52,343 nucleotides of DNA from Octopus sinensis (taxonomy: Eukaryota). This document shows, in pieces, positions 10,837 to 21,719 of this stretch; positions within the stretch are counted from its first letter, which is position 1; each line of letters begins with the position of its first letter. The DNA lies in assembly GCF_006345805.1 (NCBI RefSeq), contig NW_021832984.1, positions 1 to 52,343 of the forward strand, written 5' to 3'. The notes below the pieces were generated by a model that was given only the letters and a program-made list of their open reading frames with translations, had not been told where the DNA came from and did no database searches. The translations under genes were made by a program, and so were the position numbers.

Positions 10837-12595
10837 TTTACCCAAGTGTGTTGTTATCTGTGATTAGACGTTGAAATTTTGTTGTGTAAAGTGATTAATA
10901 TCGCGCGAGGCGTTTGCCTCCACGTGTGGAAACCTTCCGAAGAAGGTGAATTGACCCTCTAGTCATGGCGACTTACGCGGGGGTCACGGGAAAGAAAAAT
11001 AATGATTCGTCGATAATCGTGAAGGATGTTTTCTTTGAGAAGAGTAAACTCAAAGAATACGAAAAGCTATTCAAAAGGGAGGGTGATAGCGTGAAGCTGG
11101 TCCCCCCGCGAAAGCAAAGGAGGACAAGGAAACAAACTGTAACGTATAGAACCCAGGACAAAAGTACAAAGAAACTGGCAAGAGTGGAGATAGCAGAGAT
11201 CGAAAAATGTCTGGGAGACATAATGGATAATCGACCTACGTGAGTAGAGGAAAAAAATTTGGTACGGTGGAGGTGAGATGTGCAACGGAAGAAATTGCAG
11301 CCTCACTGGCTACCACTGTTCTAAGAGCGGAAACATTTATAATGTGGCCCTCATACAAGGGAAGAAGAGGGGTCCGGGTTAAAATCCCGAATATACCCCC
11401 AGAAGTAAAAACAGAATGGCTGGCAACAGCTATTCTAGGAGCAGCAGAAGAGGAAGTGGAGGTGGAATCCTTTAAGGAGTCCAACGCAGTAAATTGGAGA
11501 GGATATGGGGTAGAACTGTGTTTGATGGCCACAAAAGAGGACATTGAAAGGTTCCCCTATAGAATAGAAATCGAAGACGAGAAAACCCTCAGTGTAATTG
11601 TAGAGGGAAGAAAGCCAAACTGCTACTTGTGCGGGACAAGGGGGCACATTAAAAAAGAGTGCCCGTTATATGAATTCATGGCGGAGTATGAGAAGGAAAA
11701 TGAAGAAAAGAAGAATACGGTAAATGAAAAAGAAAACATAGAAAAGGAGACAAAACAACAAGAGAAAGGAAATAATAAGTCAACGAAGGAAAAAGAAATA
11801 AAAGAAAAGAAAGAAATAGAACCAAAACAGAGTCAGGAAAAGAAAAAGGAAAAAGAAACAACAGGAAAAAAACAAGAGAGAGAACAGAACCAAACGAAAA
11901 GAAAAGACGGCACACAAAAAGAAAAAGAAAAGGAACATAAAACACGAGAGAAAGAGAGAACAGACAAAGAACCAAAAAGACAAGAGAAGGAAGAAGAAAG
12001 AAAAGAAGGCAAAAAGAGAGAAAGAGAGAAACAAAGAGAGGAGAACAAGGAAGAAATAAGCCCGAAAAGAAAACGAGAGAAAACGTAGGACGGAAACAAG
12101 ATTACTACAAGTTAATAACCTTCCATTTCAGCCCCGAAATGAAGGAATTGACATGTAGTATGGAGGGACATGTGTGGGTCAACAGGATGACTGATCAGTG
12201 GCAGGAGACTGCTCTGATCCCCGAAGAAAGAGTCGCTGAGTTCCTCAGAGCAGCTGAGAGAGTGTAATTTTTACACGTGTTCGAGTGAAGAGCGGCTGCC
12301 TGAGGGCTCAGTGATTGACTTTAGAGACTTGAAAAGTATTATGGAATACGTGTGAGATTGTGAGAGGAGAGAGAAGAAAGAAGAGAAAAAGAAAAAAAAA
12401 ATTGTGAACTATAGGTGACGAAAATGTAACCTCTCGATTCCGGGGATCGAGTGGGCATTGCATCTCATTGTAATATTCTTTCATTTGTCATTTTTATTTT
12501 TATTTTTTTCCCTTCTTGTCATTTCGCTTTCTTATTTTAAGTTCCCCGATTGTATTGTCCCCTCTATGTTCGCCCCTTGTGGGTAGTAATAAAAT
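10837..12595 (+). mobile_element. ORF1-only non-autonomous Tx1-type retroelement, copy 1
   Basis: Single gag-like ORF, no EN/RT. 3' tail shared with the LINE at 14397-19605. Bounded by target repeats. Confidence 0.85.
10965..12354 (+). CDS. ORF1p (N-terminal domain, CCHC zinc knuckle, K/E-rich linker, C-terminal domain), frameshifted in this sequence
   Basis: Start MATYAGVTG; knuckle CYLCGTRGHIKKEC; K/E-rich region. After a frameshift near 12080 it continues ..DYYKLITFHFSPEMKELTC..WQETALIPEERVAEFL. Confidence 0.75.
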
Positions 12596-12608
12596 CACAT
12601 CGAGGAAA
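12596..12608 (+). repeat. Target-site repeat 2 (CACATCGAGGAAA)
   Basis: Direct reading. Confidence 0.9.
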
Positions 12609-14381
12609 TTTACCCAAGTGTGTTGTTATCTGTGATTAGACGTTGAAATTTTGTTGTGTAAAGTGATTAATATCGCGCGAGGCGTTTGCCTCCACGTGTG
12701 GAAACCTTCCGAAGAAGGTGAATTGACCCTCTAGTCATGGCGACTTACGCGGGGGTCACGGGAAAGAAAAATAATGATTCGTCGATAATCGTGAAGGATG
12801 TTTTCTTTGAGAAGAGTAAACTCAAAGAATATGAAAAGCTATTCAAAAGGGAGGGTGATAGCGTGAAGCTAATCCCCCCCGCGAAAGCAAAAGAGGACAA
12901 AGAAAACAAGACTGTAACATATAGAACCCAAGACAAAAATACAAATAAACTGGCAAGAGTGGAGATAGCAGAAATCGAAAAATGTCTGGAAGACATAATG
13001 GGGAAATCGACCTACGTGAGTAGAGGCAAGAAATTTGGTACGGTGGAGGTGAGATGTGCAACGGAAGAAATTGCAGCCTCACTGGCTACCACTGTACTAA
13101 GAGCGGAAACATTTATAATGTGGCCCTCATACAAGGGAAGAAGAGGGGTCCGGGTTAAAATCCCGAATATACCCCCAGAAGTGAAAACAGAATGGCTGGC
13201 AACAGCTATTCTAGGAGCAGCAGAAGAGGAAGTGGAGGTGGAATCCTTTAAGGAGTCCAACGCGATAAACTGGAGAGGATATGGGGTAGAACTGTGTTTG
13301 ATGGCCACAAAAGAGGACATTGAAAGGTTCCCCTACAGAATAGAAATTGAAGATGAGAAAACCCTCAGTGTAATTGTAGAGGGAAGAAAGCCAAACTGCT
13401 ACTTGTGCGGGACAAGGGGGGAACATTAAAAAAGAGTGCCCGTTATACGAATTCGTAGCGGAGTGCGAGCAGGAATTTGAAGAAAGAAGAATACGGTAAA
13501 TGAAAAAGAAAACATAGAAAAGGAAACAAAACAACAAGAGAAAGGAAATAATAAGTCAATGAAGGAAAAGAAATAAAAGAAAAGAAAGAAATAGAACCAA
13601 AACAGAGTCAGGAAAAGAAAAAGGAAAAAGAAACAACAGGAAAAAAACAAGAGAGAGATCAGAATCAAACGAAAAGAAAAGACGGCACACAAAAAGAAAA
13701 AGAAAAGGAACATAAAACACGAGAGAAAGAGAGAACAGACAAAGAACCAAAAGACAAGAGAAGGAAGAAGAAAGAAAAGAAGCAAAAAGAGAGAAAGAGA
13801 GAAACAAAGAGAGGAGAACAAGGAAGAAATAAGCCCGAAAAGAAAAACGAAGGAAAACGTAGGACGGAAACAAGATTACTGCTTCTACAAGTTAGTAACC
13901 TTCCATTTCTGCCCTGGAAATGAAAGAATTAACATGTAATACGGAGGGACATATATGGGTCAACAGGATGACCGATCAGTGGCAGGAGACTGCTCTAATC
14001 CCCGAAGAAAGAGTCGCTGAGTTCCTCAGAGCTGCCGGAGAGAGTGTAATATTTTACACGAGTGTTCGAGTGAGAGAGCGGCTGCCTGAGGGCTCAGTGA
14101 TTGACTTTAGAGAATTGAAAGTTATTATGGAATACGTATAGAATTGTGAGAAGAGAGAGAAGAAAAGAAGAGAAAAAAGAAAATATTGTGAAATATATGT
14201 GACGAAAATGTAACCTCTCGATTCCGGGGATCGAGTGGGCATTTACATCTCATTGTAAATATTCTTTCATATGTCATTTTTTACTATTAATTTTTCCTTT
14301 TCTTGTCATTCGCTTTCTTATTTTAAGTTCCCCGATTGTACTGTCCCATCTATGTTCGCCCCTTGTGGGTAGTAATAAAAT
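12609..14381 (+). mobile_element. ORF1-only non-autonomous Tx1-type retroelement, copy 2
   Basis: Colinear with copy 1, same 5' end, scattered substitutions. Confidence 0.85.
12737..14141 (+). CDS. ORF1p, copy 2 (frameshifted)
   Basis: ORF-track 12737-13429 (230 aa, ends in the zinc knuckle) and 13920-14141 (C-terminal domain). Confidence 0.75.
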
Positions 14382-14396
14382 CACATGGAGGAAAGC
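14382..14396 (+). repeat. Target-site repeat 3 (CACATGGAGGAAAGC)
   Basis: Identical 15-mer at 19606-19620. Confidence 0.92.
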
Positions 14397-14609
14397 TATT
14401 TTTGCGTTTATTAGTAAGTTGATATATTTTTGCTCTCGTACTATTATCTCTGTTATTATATACTGTTGGTCTACCTGTTTTGTCTATTGTTGTCTAACTG
14501 ACGAAGTCAGCCTTCGCGCGAAGACTTCGCGTTGGTGTTCCCCCCTCAGTGGGGGAAAACTACAATTAATTTGGATTTACCAAAGGCTTGTTAAAGCCAT
14601 TTGTTCAAG

Positions 14610-15960
14610 ATGGAGTCCCCCATCTCTTATTCGCCCGTGACGAGCGAGGATGAATACCCGGCGTTGTCGCCAATTAAAAAACAGGCGTTGTCGCCAAGAA
14701 AAAAAGAAGCGTTGTCGCCGAAGAAAAAAGAGGCGGCGTCGCCCAATGGAAAAACCAGTACCAGCATCAACTCCAGCAAAAAAATTCGCTGAAGTGGCTG
14801 GGAAAAAGATCAAAAAAATAAATATAGACAATTTTAAAAAATTTGCAGACTGTGTAAAAAAAGAAGGCACAGAAGTGACTGTGGCCACAAACATACAAAT
14901 ACATGACGATATAGAAAAAAAAGAATAATATATAAACTTACGACACAACGAAAAAAATGATCCAAAAAATCGAAGAAAAAAAATAGAGTCTTGTCTAAAA
15001 CCTTTTATGGATAAAATAACGTATATAAACAGAGGAAAAAAATACGGCACAGTGGAGGTGCGTTTTACTACGGAGGAGATAGCGAAGAAACTATCGATGG
15101 AGCCAATCAAAGCGGAAAACATTGTCTTACTACCATTGTATAAAGGAAAAAGGACGTCGAAAATTTCAATGAACAATATACCGCCAGAGGCAGATGCTGA
15201 ATGTCTGGTGGCAGCAGTGATGGTAGGTCTGGAGGAAAAAATAAACATCCTCCAGGCCACAGTGGAGGAAGAGGAGTTTTGGAAGGGCAAAAAATAGTGA
15301 TAGCCATTCAGGCGGAGGTGCAAACACTGGAAGAAATTCCAGAAACGGTAAAGATTAGTGAAGACGAGAAATAACAGTTTTCGTGGAGGGCAGGAAGCCG
15401 AGGTGCTTCGGCTGCGGCAAGAGGGTCATGTAAGGGCGGAATGCCAACCCCAACCCAAACCGCAGGAAGCACCTAAGCCAAAAGAAAAAGAAGATAATGT
15501 GTCACCAGAAGCAGCGTCGGGACGGCCCAGAAGGGAAGACTGAAGGTGTGGAGGTGACGGTGACAGCAGAACCAGCGGCGGAGGAAAAAAGAGCGAGGAA
15601 AAGATAAATGAGGAGGGGTGGGCAAAATTACCGGAAGAAAAAAAAGAAAAACGGAAACCACCCCTCCCAGAGTAATTTTAAAAAGAAAAAGAGTCAATGA
15701 ACTCGTATATGGCCGTAAAGGCAGCAAATAGCAGACTCGGAAACGTGTTGGCAGCCATGGCCAAAGTGGAGAAAGTAGTGAAAAAAAACGACTTTGTAAT
15801 TTACAGAATAGGCCGGAAGGATTACGGGCGGATAAAGTCAGAATTCTTCCATGACGTAGGCCCACTTAGATTGGATGTGACATCTCCACATATATTCGAG
15901 GGCCCACGAGGCCCAGAAAAAGAGTTAGAAGAACAAGAGAAAACCGAACCACTGATATAA
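14610..15960 (+). CDS. ORF1p of the Tx1-clade LINE (frameshifted)
   Basis: Start MESPISYSP; YINRGKKYGTVEVRFTTEEIA and NIPPE are homologous to the ORF1-only elements; C..C..GHVRAEC knuckle near 15405-15445. Confidence 0.78.
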
Positions 15961-15968
15961 GGTAAGTA

Positions 15969-18900
15969 ATGGATTACATTTATGTTGGTTGTTTGAATGT
16001 GCGCGGCCTGGGAGCAGGCTGGAAGCAAGGTCGCTTCCTGCATGATATCAGGTCGCGTAACTTAGATGTTATTGTTGCTACAGAAACCCGGTTAGAGGGG
16101 CCAAGAGGTCTACTCCCGCTGTTTGACGGCTACGAGAGTTTTTTCTCTCCTGGCAGTCCTACAGGCGGGAGTGGGGTGTTGGTCCTATTAAAAAGAACCG
16201 GGTTTCTGAGAAAAAGTTAATTTTTGCAGATCCAGAAGGTAGGCTGGTCGTCATGGATTTGACGTTCAGTAATGGTAAAGTTATCAGACTGGTTGCAATT
16301 TACGCGCACCCAACCATACAGGGCAAAGTGATTATTTTCGTGAACTAGAAAACTTTCTTGGTACTTCGCATTCATTAGTGGTGCTAGGAGACTTTAACAC
16401 AATTTGCAAAGCGGATGTAGATTATGTTGGCTCGTGTCCAGATAGAAAAGGCAACAGTGGCTTCATGGAACTGCTAAGCCGCTTTGAGCTAGCAGATCCT
16501 TATAGGCTGGAATTTCCGAACGCTCCATTGTGGACATGGTCAAACAGCGACGGATCTTCCAGGTCATATTTAGATAGAATACTAATTAGAAAAGTAGACA
16601 GTAAAATAGCTAAGTGTCCACAGTTTTACCCGATCAGCTACAGTGATCATAAATGGTCACTTGTAAGCTTGACATAGATAAGGTTAAAATAGAGGATCCG
16701 GGTACTGGAAACTTAATACGTCCCTTTGGCGATTAAGGAGTACAAAGACCGGATTAGGAATATAATTCAGAGGGCACTATCTGGTACCATCATTAATAAC
16801 AAATGGTGGTACGCCCTCAAACGAGCCATCAAGTTTGAGTCTATTAGATATAGCATAGGAGTAGTGGCTAGAGAGGCTAGAAGGGAAACTACTCTAGTTA
16901 AGGAATTAGAGGAAGCCATGAAAACTGGCTCTGCGGCTCAGGTGGCGTCCAAGAGACTGGTGTTAAACCAGCACCTCGAGGCCAAACACATGGGCTGCAT
17001 TGTCAGGGCTAGAATCCGCCATATGGGATGTGAAGGAATCAACGCCGTGAGATGGGCCCGAGTGGTGGAAGCTCGGCATGGTAACGATGCCACGATTCGA
17101 TCTTTGACGAACCAACAAGGTGAGTTGATAAACGAACCCGAAGAGATGTGTGAGGCCTTTCAGGAGCACTTCGCTCAGCTTTTCGGTGAGTGCGGCGGAC
17201 TGGATAGGAGGAGGGCCTTTACGGACCTACTCGACGGGCTGCCGCGCTTATCGGGGCGAGATGCGGAGGGCTGTGAAGGGCCAATCACGCCTGAGGAGGT
17301 GGTGAGGCAATGGCGGACTGCGGCGCGGGCAAGGCGCCGGGTTTGGATGGTCTACCCTATGAGTTATATAAGAGTATGCCAGACTTGTTCGGGCACCTAC
17401 TGGCGGAGGTCTATGCGAACTGGCAGCAGAACGGGCTTATACCCAGATCTGTGCGCCGGGGATTAGTGACTCTCGTCAGAAAGGACCCGAGCAAGGGGGA
17501 GTGCATTGATAATTTCAGGCCCATCACTCTGCTAAACACAGAGTTGAAGATTTTGGCCAAAGTGTTATCGGAAAGATTGGCGCGTGTCGCGGATGGTCTG
17601 ATCGGAGAGGCACAGACATGTGCCGTTCCGGGCAGATCCATTCAGGATAATCTCCATCTAATGCGGTACACTATAGAGGGGTTTAATAGTGATTCTGGCA
17701 AGGGTGGGGCACTGGTCCAATTAGACCAATCTAAAGCTTTTGATAGGGTCGACCATCGTTACCTGGTATCTGCCCTGGCACAGTTCGGGCTGAGCCTTGG
17801 CTTCCTCAGGTGGATTATCCAAATGTATGATAACATCGACTCGGTAGTTCGGGTGAACGGCTTCTTGTCGAAGCCGTTCAAAATCAAACGCTCAGTTCGT
17901 CAAGGGTGTCCGCTCTCCCCGCTTTTGTACGTGATGGCTCTTGAGCCATTACTGCGAAAACTGAGCGGCATCCCGAGACAGCCAGGTAATGGAAAATCAG
18001 TGTCAGCGTACGCGGATGACATCACCATCATCGTAACCGAAATGGACCACCTATGTAAAGTAGGCAAGGCCATAGAGGTTTACGAGACGGTGACAGGAGC
18101 AAAAGTTAATCGCGAAAAGTCAGTCGGCTTGCAACTCGGCACCTGGAGAGGCAAGTCGATGCCTCCTGACAGCGTCGTGGGACGTTGGACGGAGGGTCCG
18201 ATTAAACTGCTAGGGGTCTGGTTCGGTCCAGACCTCCAAATAGAGAAGAATTGGGGCGAGGTAACGAGCAAGGTGGCTGCAGTAGCCAAGACCTGGTCTT
18301 GGCGGTGGCTATCCCTGAAAGGGAGGGCGGAGGTGGCCAATGTGTTTATCGCATCGGTTATCACCTACCGCCTTTCCGTCGTTCCTTGCCCTGATTCGTG
18401 GTTGATCAAGTTGGAAAGACAGCTCTTCTACTTCTACTTCTTGGGAAGGGCGGGAAACCACTTGTGAACGCTCTACTTGCTGTCAACAACCGTTAAAGGG
18501 TGGGCTAGGGATGCCTTGGCTGATGATGCGCAGACATGCGCTGAGGTTAAGACATCTGTGGCTCTACATGGATGGTGAACGGGTGTGGTCTTCGCTAGCA
18601 AAACTGATGTTTCCCAAGTTCACTAGTTTCGGTGGATGGGAAACTGGCTGAATCGTAGATCGAAACTTGGTACTTGGTACACGGAGTGTCGCAAGGCTCT
18701 CCTGCTATTCCGTCGCTCGGGCAACGCCTGCGGTGGGGGTTCCACCACATTCTTCTATAGAGGGTTGGTAGAGGCGGAATGTGAAGATACCTTGGGGGAA
18801 ACCCTAGGTCTCGACGATAATCAGCTGGCCAGTCTGTTCCGACGTACGTTCGAGCCGAGGACACTGGACAACTTCCAGAAGTCTCTGGCATGGCAATGCT

Positions 18901-19361
18901 ACAGAGGAGCTCTACCTGTTCGGGATAAACTCGCAAGGCACGGTGGCCAAGACAGTCCGATATGTCCAAGATGCGGGCGGGATAGGAAACCGTCCCGCAC
19001 GCTATTGTTCATTGTCCGGACGTGTCTGCTGTGTGTTTATGCCGAACACCTGTTGTCAGGTACACGAAGAGTACAGCTGTCGACTGAGTCGATTACAAAA
19101 ATTGACCCACCGGATTTCCTCGTGAATGAAGGTAAGTTTCGTTTTCTCGTTGTAGTAGCAATTGCGAAAGAGGTGATATGGAAGACGAGAAAGAAAGGTT
19201 TACAGTCAGGCAAGTTCATCTCCGGCCCTGGTTTGATGAATTATTTCATCTTTCACCTGAAAAGGAAGATAGGGCTGGAGAGAATATGCCTGACTAGGAG
19301 AGTGTATGAAGAACGATGGAAGGATGTAGCACGAAAGTTGCGAGTGAAAGATACAACATAA
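15969..19361 (+). CDS. ORF2p APE endonuclease / reverse transcriptase / C-terminal zinc finger (several frameshifts)
   Basis: Motifs CLNVRGL, VLGDFN, YLDRILI, SDH, GKAPGLDGLP, FRPITLLNTELKILAK, LDQSKAFDRV, SVRQGCPLSPLLY, YADD, LSLKGR, CPRCG. Confidence 0.9.
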
Positions 19362-19605
19362 ATGTAATACAAGCGCAACCAAAAGTATCAGTGGGGAGGC
19401 GGGGCTCGTGGGGTCCGAGCTAAACCCGCACCCACTCCACCCGTAATGTCTTCCGGTCTGTCCCATCATTCGATTTCTGTCCATTTATTGTAATTCATGA
19501 AAATTTTTAAATCCGATTTATTGTAAAAACCCATTCGTTTGTCTGACCCCATCATCAGATTGTATTGTCCCATCTATGTTCGCCCCTTGTGGGTAATAAT
19601 AAAAT

Positions 19606-19895
19606 CACATGGAGGAAAGCACATTCGAAAAGTGTCTTGGTGCGACTATGAAAGGTATCTAATCAGAGGCGGTAAATTCGCCACAATAGAAGCAAGGTTC
19701 GAGTCAACGGAGCGTGCAAGGGAATACTCGACTCGAACTTGCAAAGTGGAAATATTTTATTTTTACGTAGGACGTCCCGGATAAAAATTAAAAATATCCA
19801 CCCTGAAGTAGAGGTAGGCTGGATTATAGCCACACTTCTATACAAGAGGGAGGACAAGATACAATTGATCGAAATTACAAGAGACGGGCTAACAA
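19606..19895 (+). pseudogene. 3' part of the interrupted Tx1-type ORF1 fragment (starts with target repeat 4)
   Basis: HMEESTFEKCLG / YLIRGGKFATIEARFESTERA / RIKIKNIHPEVEVGWIIATLL align with EIAEIEKCL / YVSRGKKFGTVEVRCATEEIA / RVKIPNIPPEVKTEWLATAIL. Confidence 0.8.
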
Positions 19896-20159
19896 TTCCA
19901 GTCTGTTATATATTTTGAGTATTGTTATCACTAGCGATATCAAGATATAACTTTGTATTTTGTATTGTATGTGTAGATGTATATATATAGATGTACATGT
20001 AATATGTACACATATATATACACATATATACATGCACTAGCACTATGACCCGGCAACGACGGGTCTTTAATGCTAGTTGTTAATAAATCTAAAGTATGGA
20101 ATTCATGACAAATACCCTGAAGTAATCAAAATGTGATAAAAAGAGAATTAGTTAAGTTA

Positions 20160-20650
20160 ATTTTTTGGCTCAAAAAGCAAAAAGCAAGGCCATGTAGGGG
20201 GACATGGAGTTATGTACAAGGTGGCGTTCATGCAAAGAGTTCAGGCCATTTCTGGTCAAGGGAGACTTTTAACCGAGCGGTCGTCGGCATTTTCACTATC
20301 TCGTCCGGCAGCTTATTCCACGAATTCGCAACACGGACGAAGAAAGCCCCTCTCCTTCGATTAAGATGAAATCGTCGCAGATATAGCTTTTCGGAGTGAG
20401 CACGCAGCCGACGCTTTGGAGCAGGAGTGAAGAACAGCTCTTTCGAGAGGTTACACTTTCCGCTTATGATGGTGTGAGCAAGAATGAGATCACCACGGCG
20501 TCGTCGTTTTTCTAGAGAATAAAGGTCGAGCGCCTTCAGCCTTTCTTCATAAGACAAATGCTTGAGACCAAGAACCATGCGGGTAGACAGCTTCTGGACT
20601 CTTTCGAGATGCTGTATGTCTTTGAGGAGATAAGGAGAAGAGGATTGAAA
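20160..20650 (-). mobile_element. CR1-group LINE 3' fragment (another family)
   Basis: GLKHLSYEERLKALDLYSLEKRRRRGDLI..FFVRVANSWNKLP. Confidence 0.88.
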
Positions 20651-21719
20651 GGAATCTCATCAATGTAGAATCGTTTAATTGGAAGCTTCTGGTTTACATT
20701 TTTTGAATATCAGATTTCTCACATTTCTGAACATTGTTTCTTTGTTTCTTAGCATTGAGTAAGTATCCGACCAACAACTCATAATTATGAGGATCATAAA
20801 TTTTTGTATATTAAAGTCTATATCTCTATATTCTTAAACATACCACGCTACGTTGATAACTGCGCTGTGTGATTCGAGGGAGATATTTTATTGCTATTTG
20901 TTGCGGGTTTTTACATTTCTTTCGTTGTAGATGGGTTGCATGTGGCAAGTGTTACTGTTTAAGATTCTTTGTGGGTTGCTTTTACGAATTGGTTCTAGTT
21001 TTTAATGGAAAACAATGTCTTAGAACTTCCAGAGTTGCAAGATTTTCGGTCTATGCAGCAATTCCAAAGAATATTGATTTCCTAATGTTTGTTTGGTATT
21101 CGAAATATGTGAATTCCTTCTTAGATATTTGTTCAATGGCAAATATTTTTTCTAGATTGCTTTAGGCTTTTTACTTGCTATTGAATATATATATATATAT
21201 AATATATATATATATAACTCAAGATCATATTTTCACTGTGAGCCACGATCCAGTCTGTTAAAGCATCTACAAACTTCGTTTCATGTTGATAGCTTTGGAG
21301 CTGTATAGATTTCTAATATTTATCTTGAAACTTGTATCTCCACTACTTTTAGTGGCTTGTTTTTATTTTCATTTCCTTTCTCGTTGTTCACATCAGCAAT
21401 ATTTTCTTTCATTCACCTCTCAGTATTAGATGCTTGCACCAATCATATTTCGTTTTTTAAGTGCTACATAGCAATTTATTTTCACATGTTTCACGTTACA
21501 TCGATTTTGTCTGCAAAATATATAATTTCCCATTTAAAAAAAATGTTTCCCGATGTACATGCAACTTTACAAAAATCAGGTCATATTGCCCAGCATATTT
21601 GTAATCCTCTTCATTAAGTATATTTATTATAAAACTCCTGAGCATTGACTTTGTAAAATTGATTGTTGTAATGCATTTACGATTTTGAAGAAATGTAAAT
21701 GAAGACATTCCCTAAGAAT

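Larger units (their letters stand above)
14397..19605 (+). mobile_element. Apparently full-length Tx1-clade (L1 group) non-LTR retrotransposon with 15-bp TSD
   Basis: 5' UTR, ORF1 with zinc knuckle, ORF2 APE-RT-zinc finger, 3' UTR ending AATAATAAAAT. Confidence 0.9.
10139..20076 (+). mobile_element. Putative non-autonomous Helitron (about 1.16 kb without the nested insertions)
   Basis: 5' A|TCTTTATATACATAAAACTGAGAATGTGTGTCTGTCTGTC at 10138/10139. 3' GC hairpin GACCCG-GCAACGA-CGGGTC (20047-20065), then CTAG|T at 20073-20077. A|T insertion site, no TSD. Linking the two ends is an inference. Confidence 0.65.

Noticed and set aside
11676-12099. F/S/L-rich minus-strand ORFs resembling membrane proteins
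   Set aside because: Antisense shadow of the A-rich K/E linker of ORF1
10837-14381. Interpretation as LTRs or as an assembly duplication
   Set aside because: No TG..CA ends, PBS or integrase; the copies differ by many substitutions and are separated by target repeats
14497-14530. CTGACGA in the Tx1 5' UTR as a hammerhead core
   Set aside because: The stem AGTC/GACT is not followed by GAAA, and no stems I/III were found
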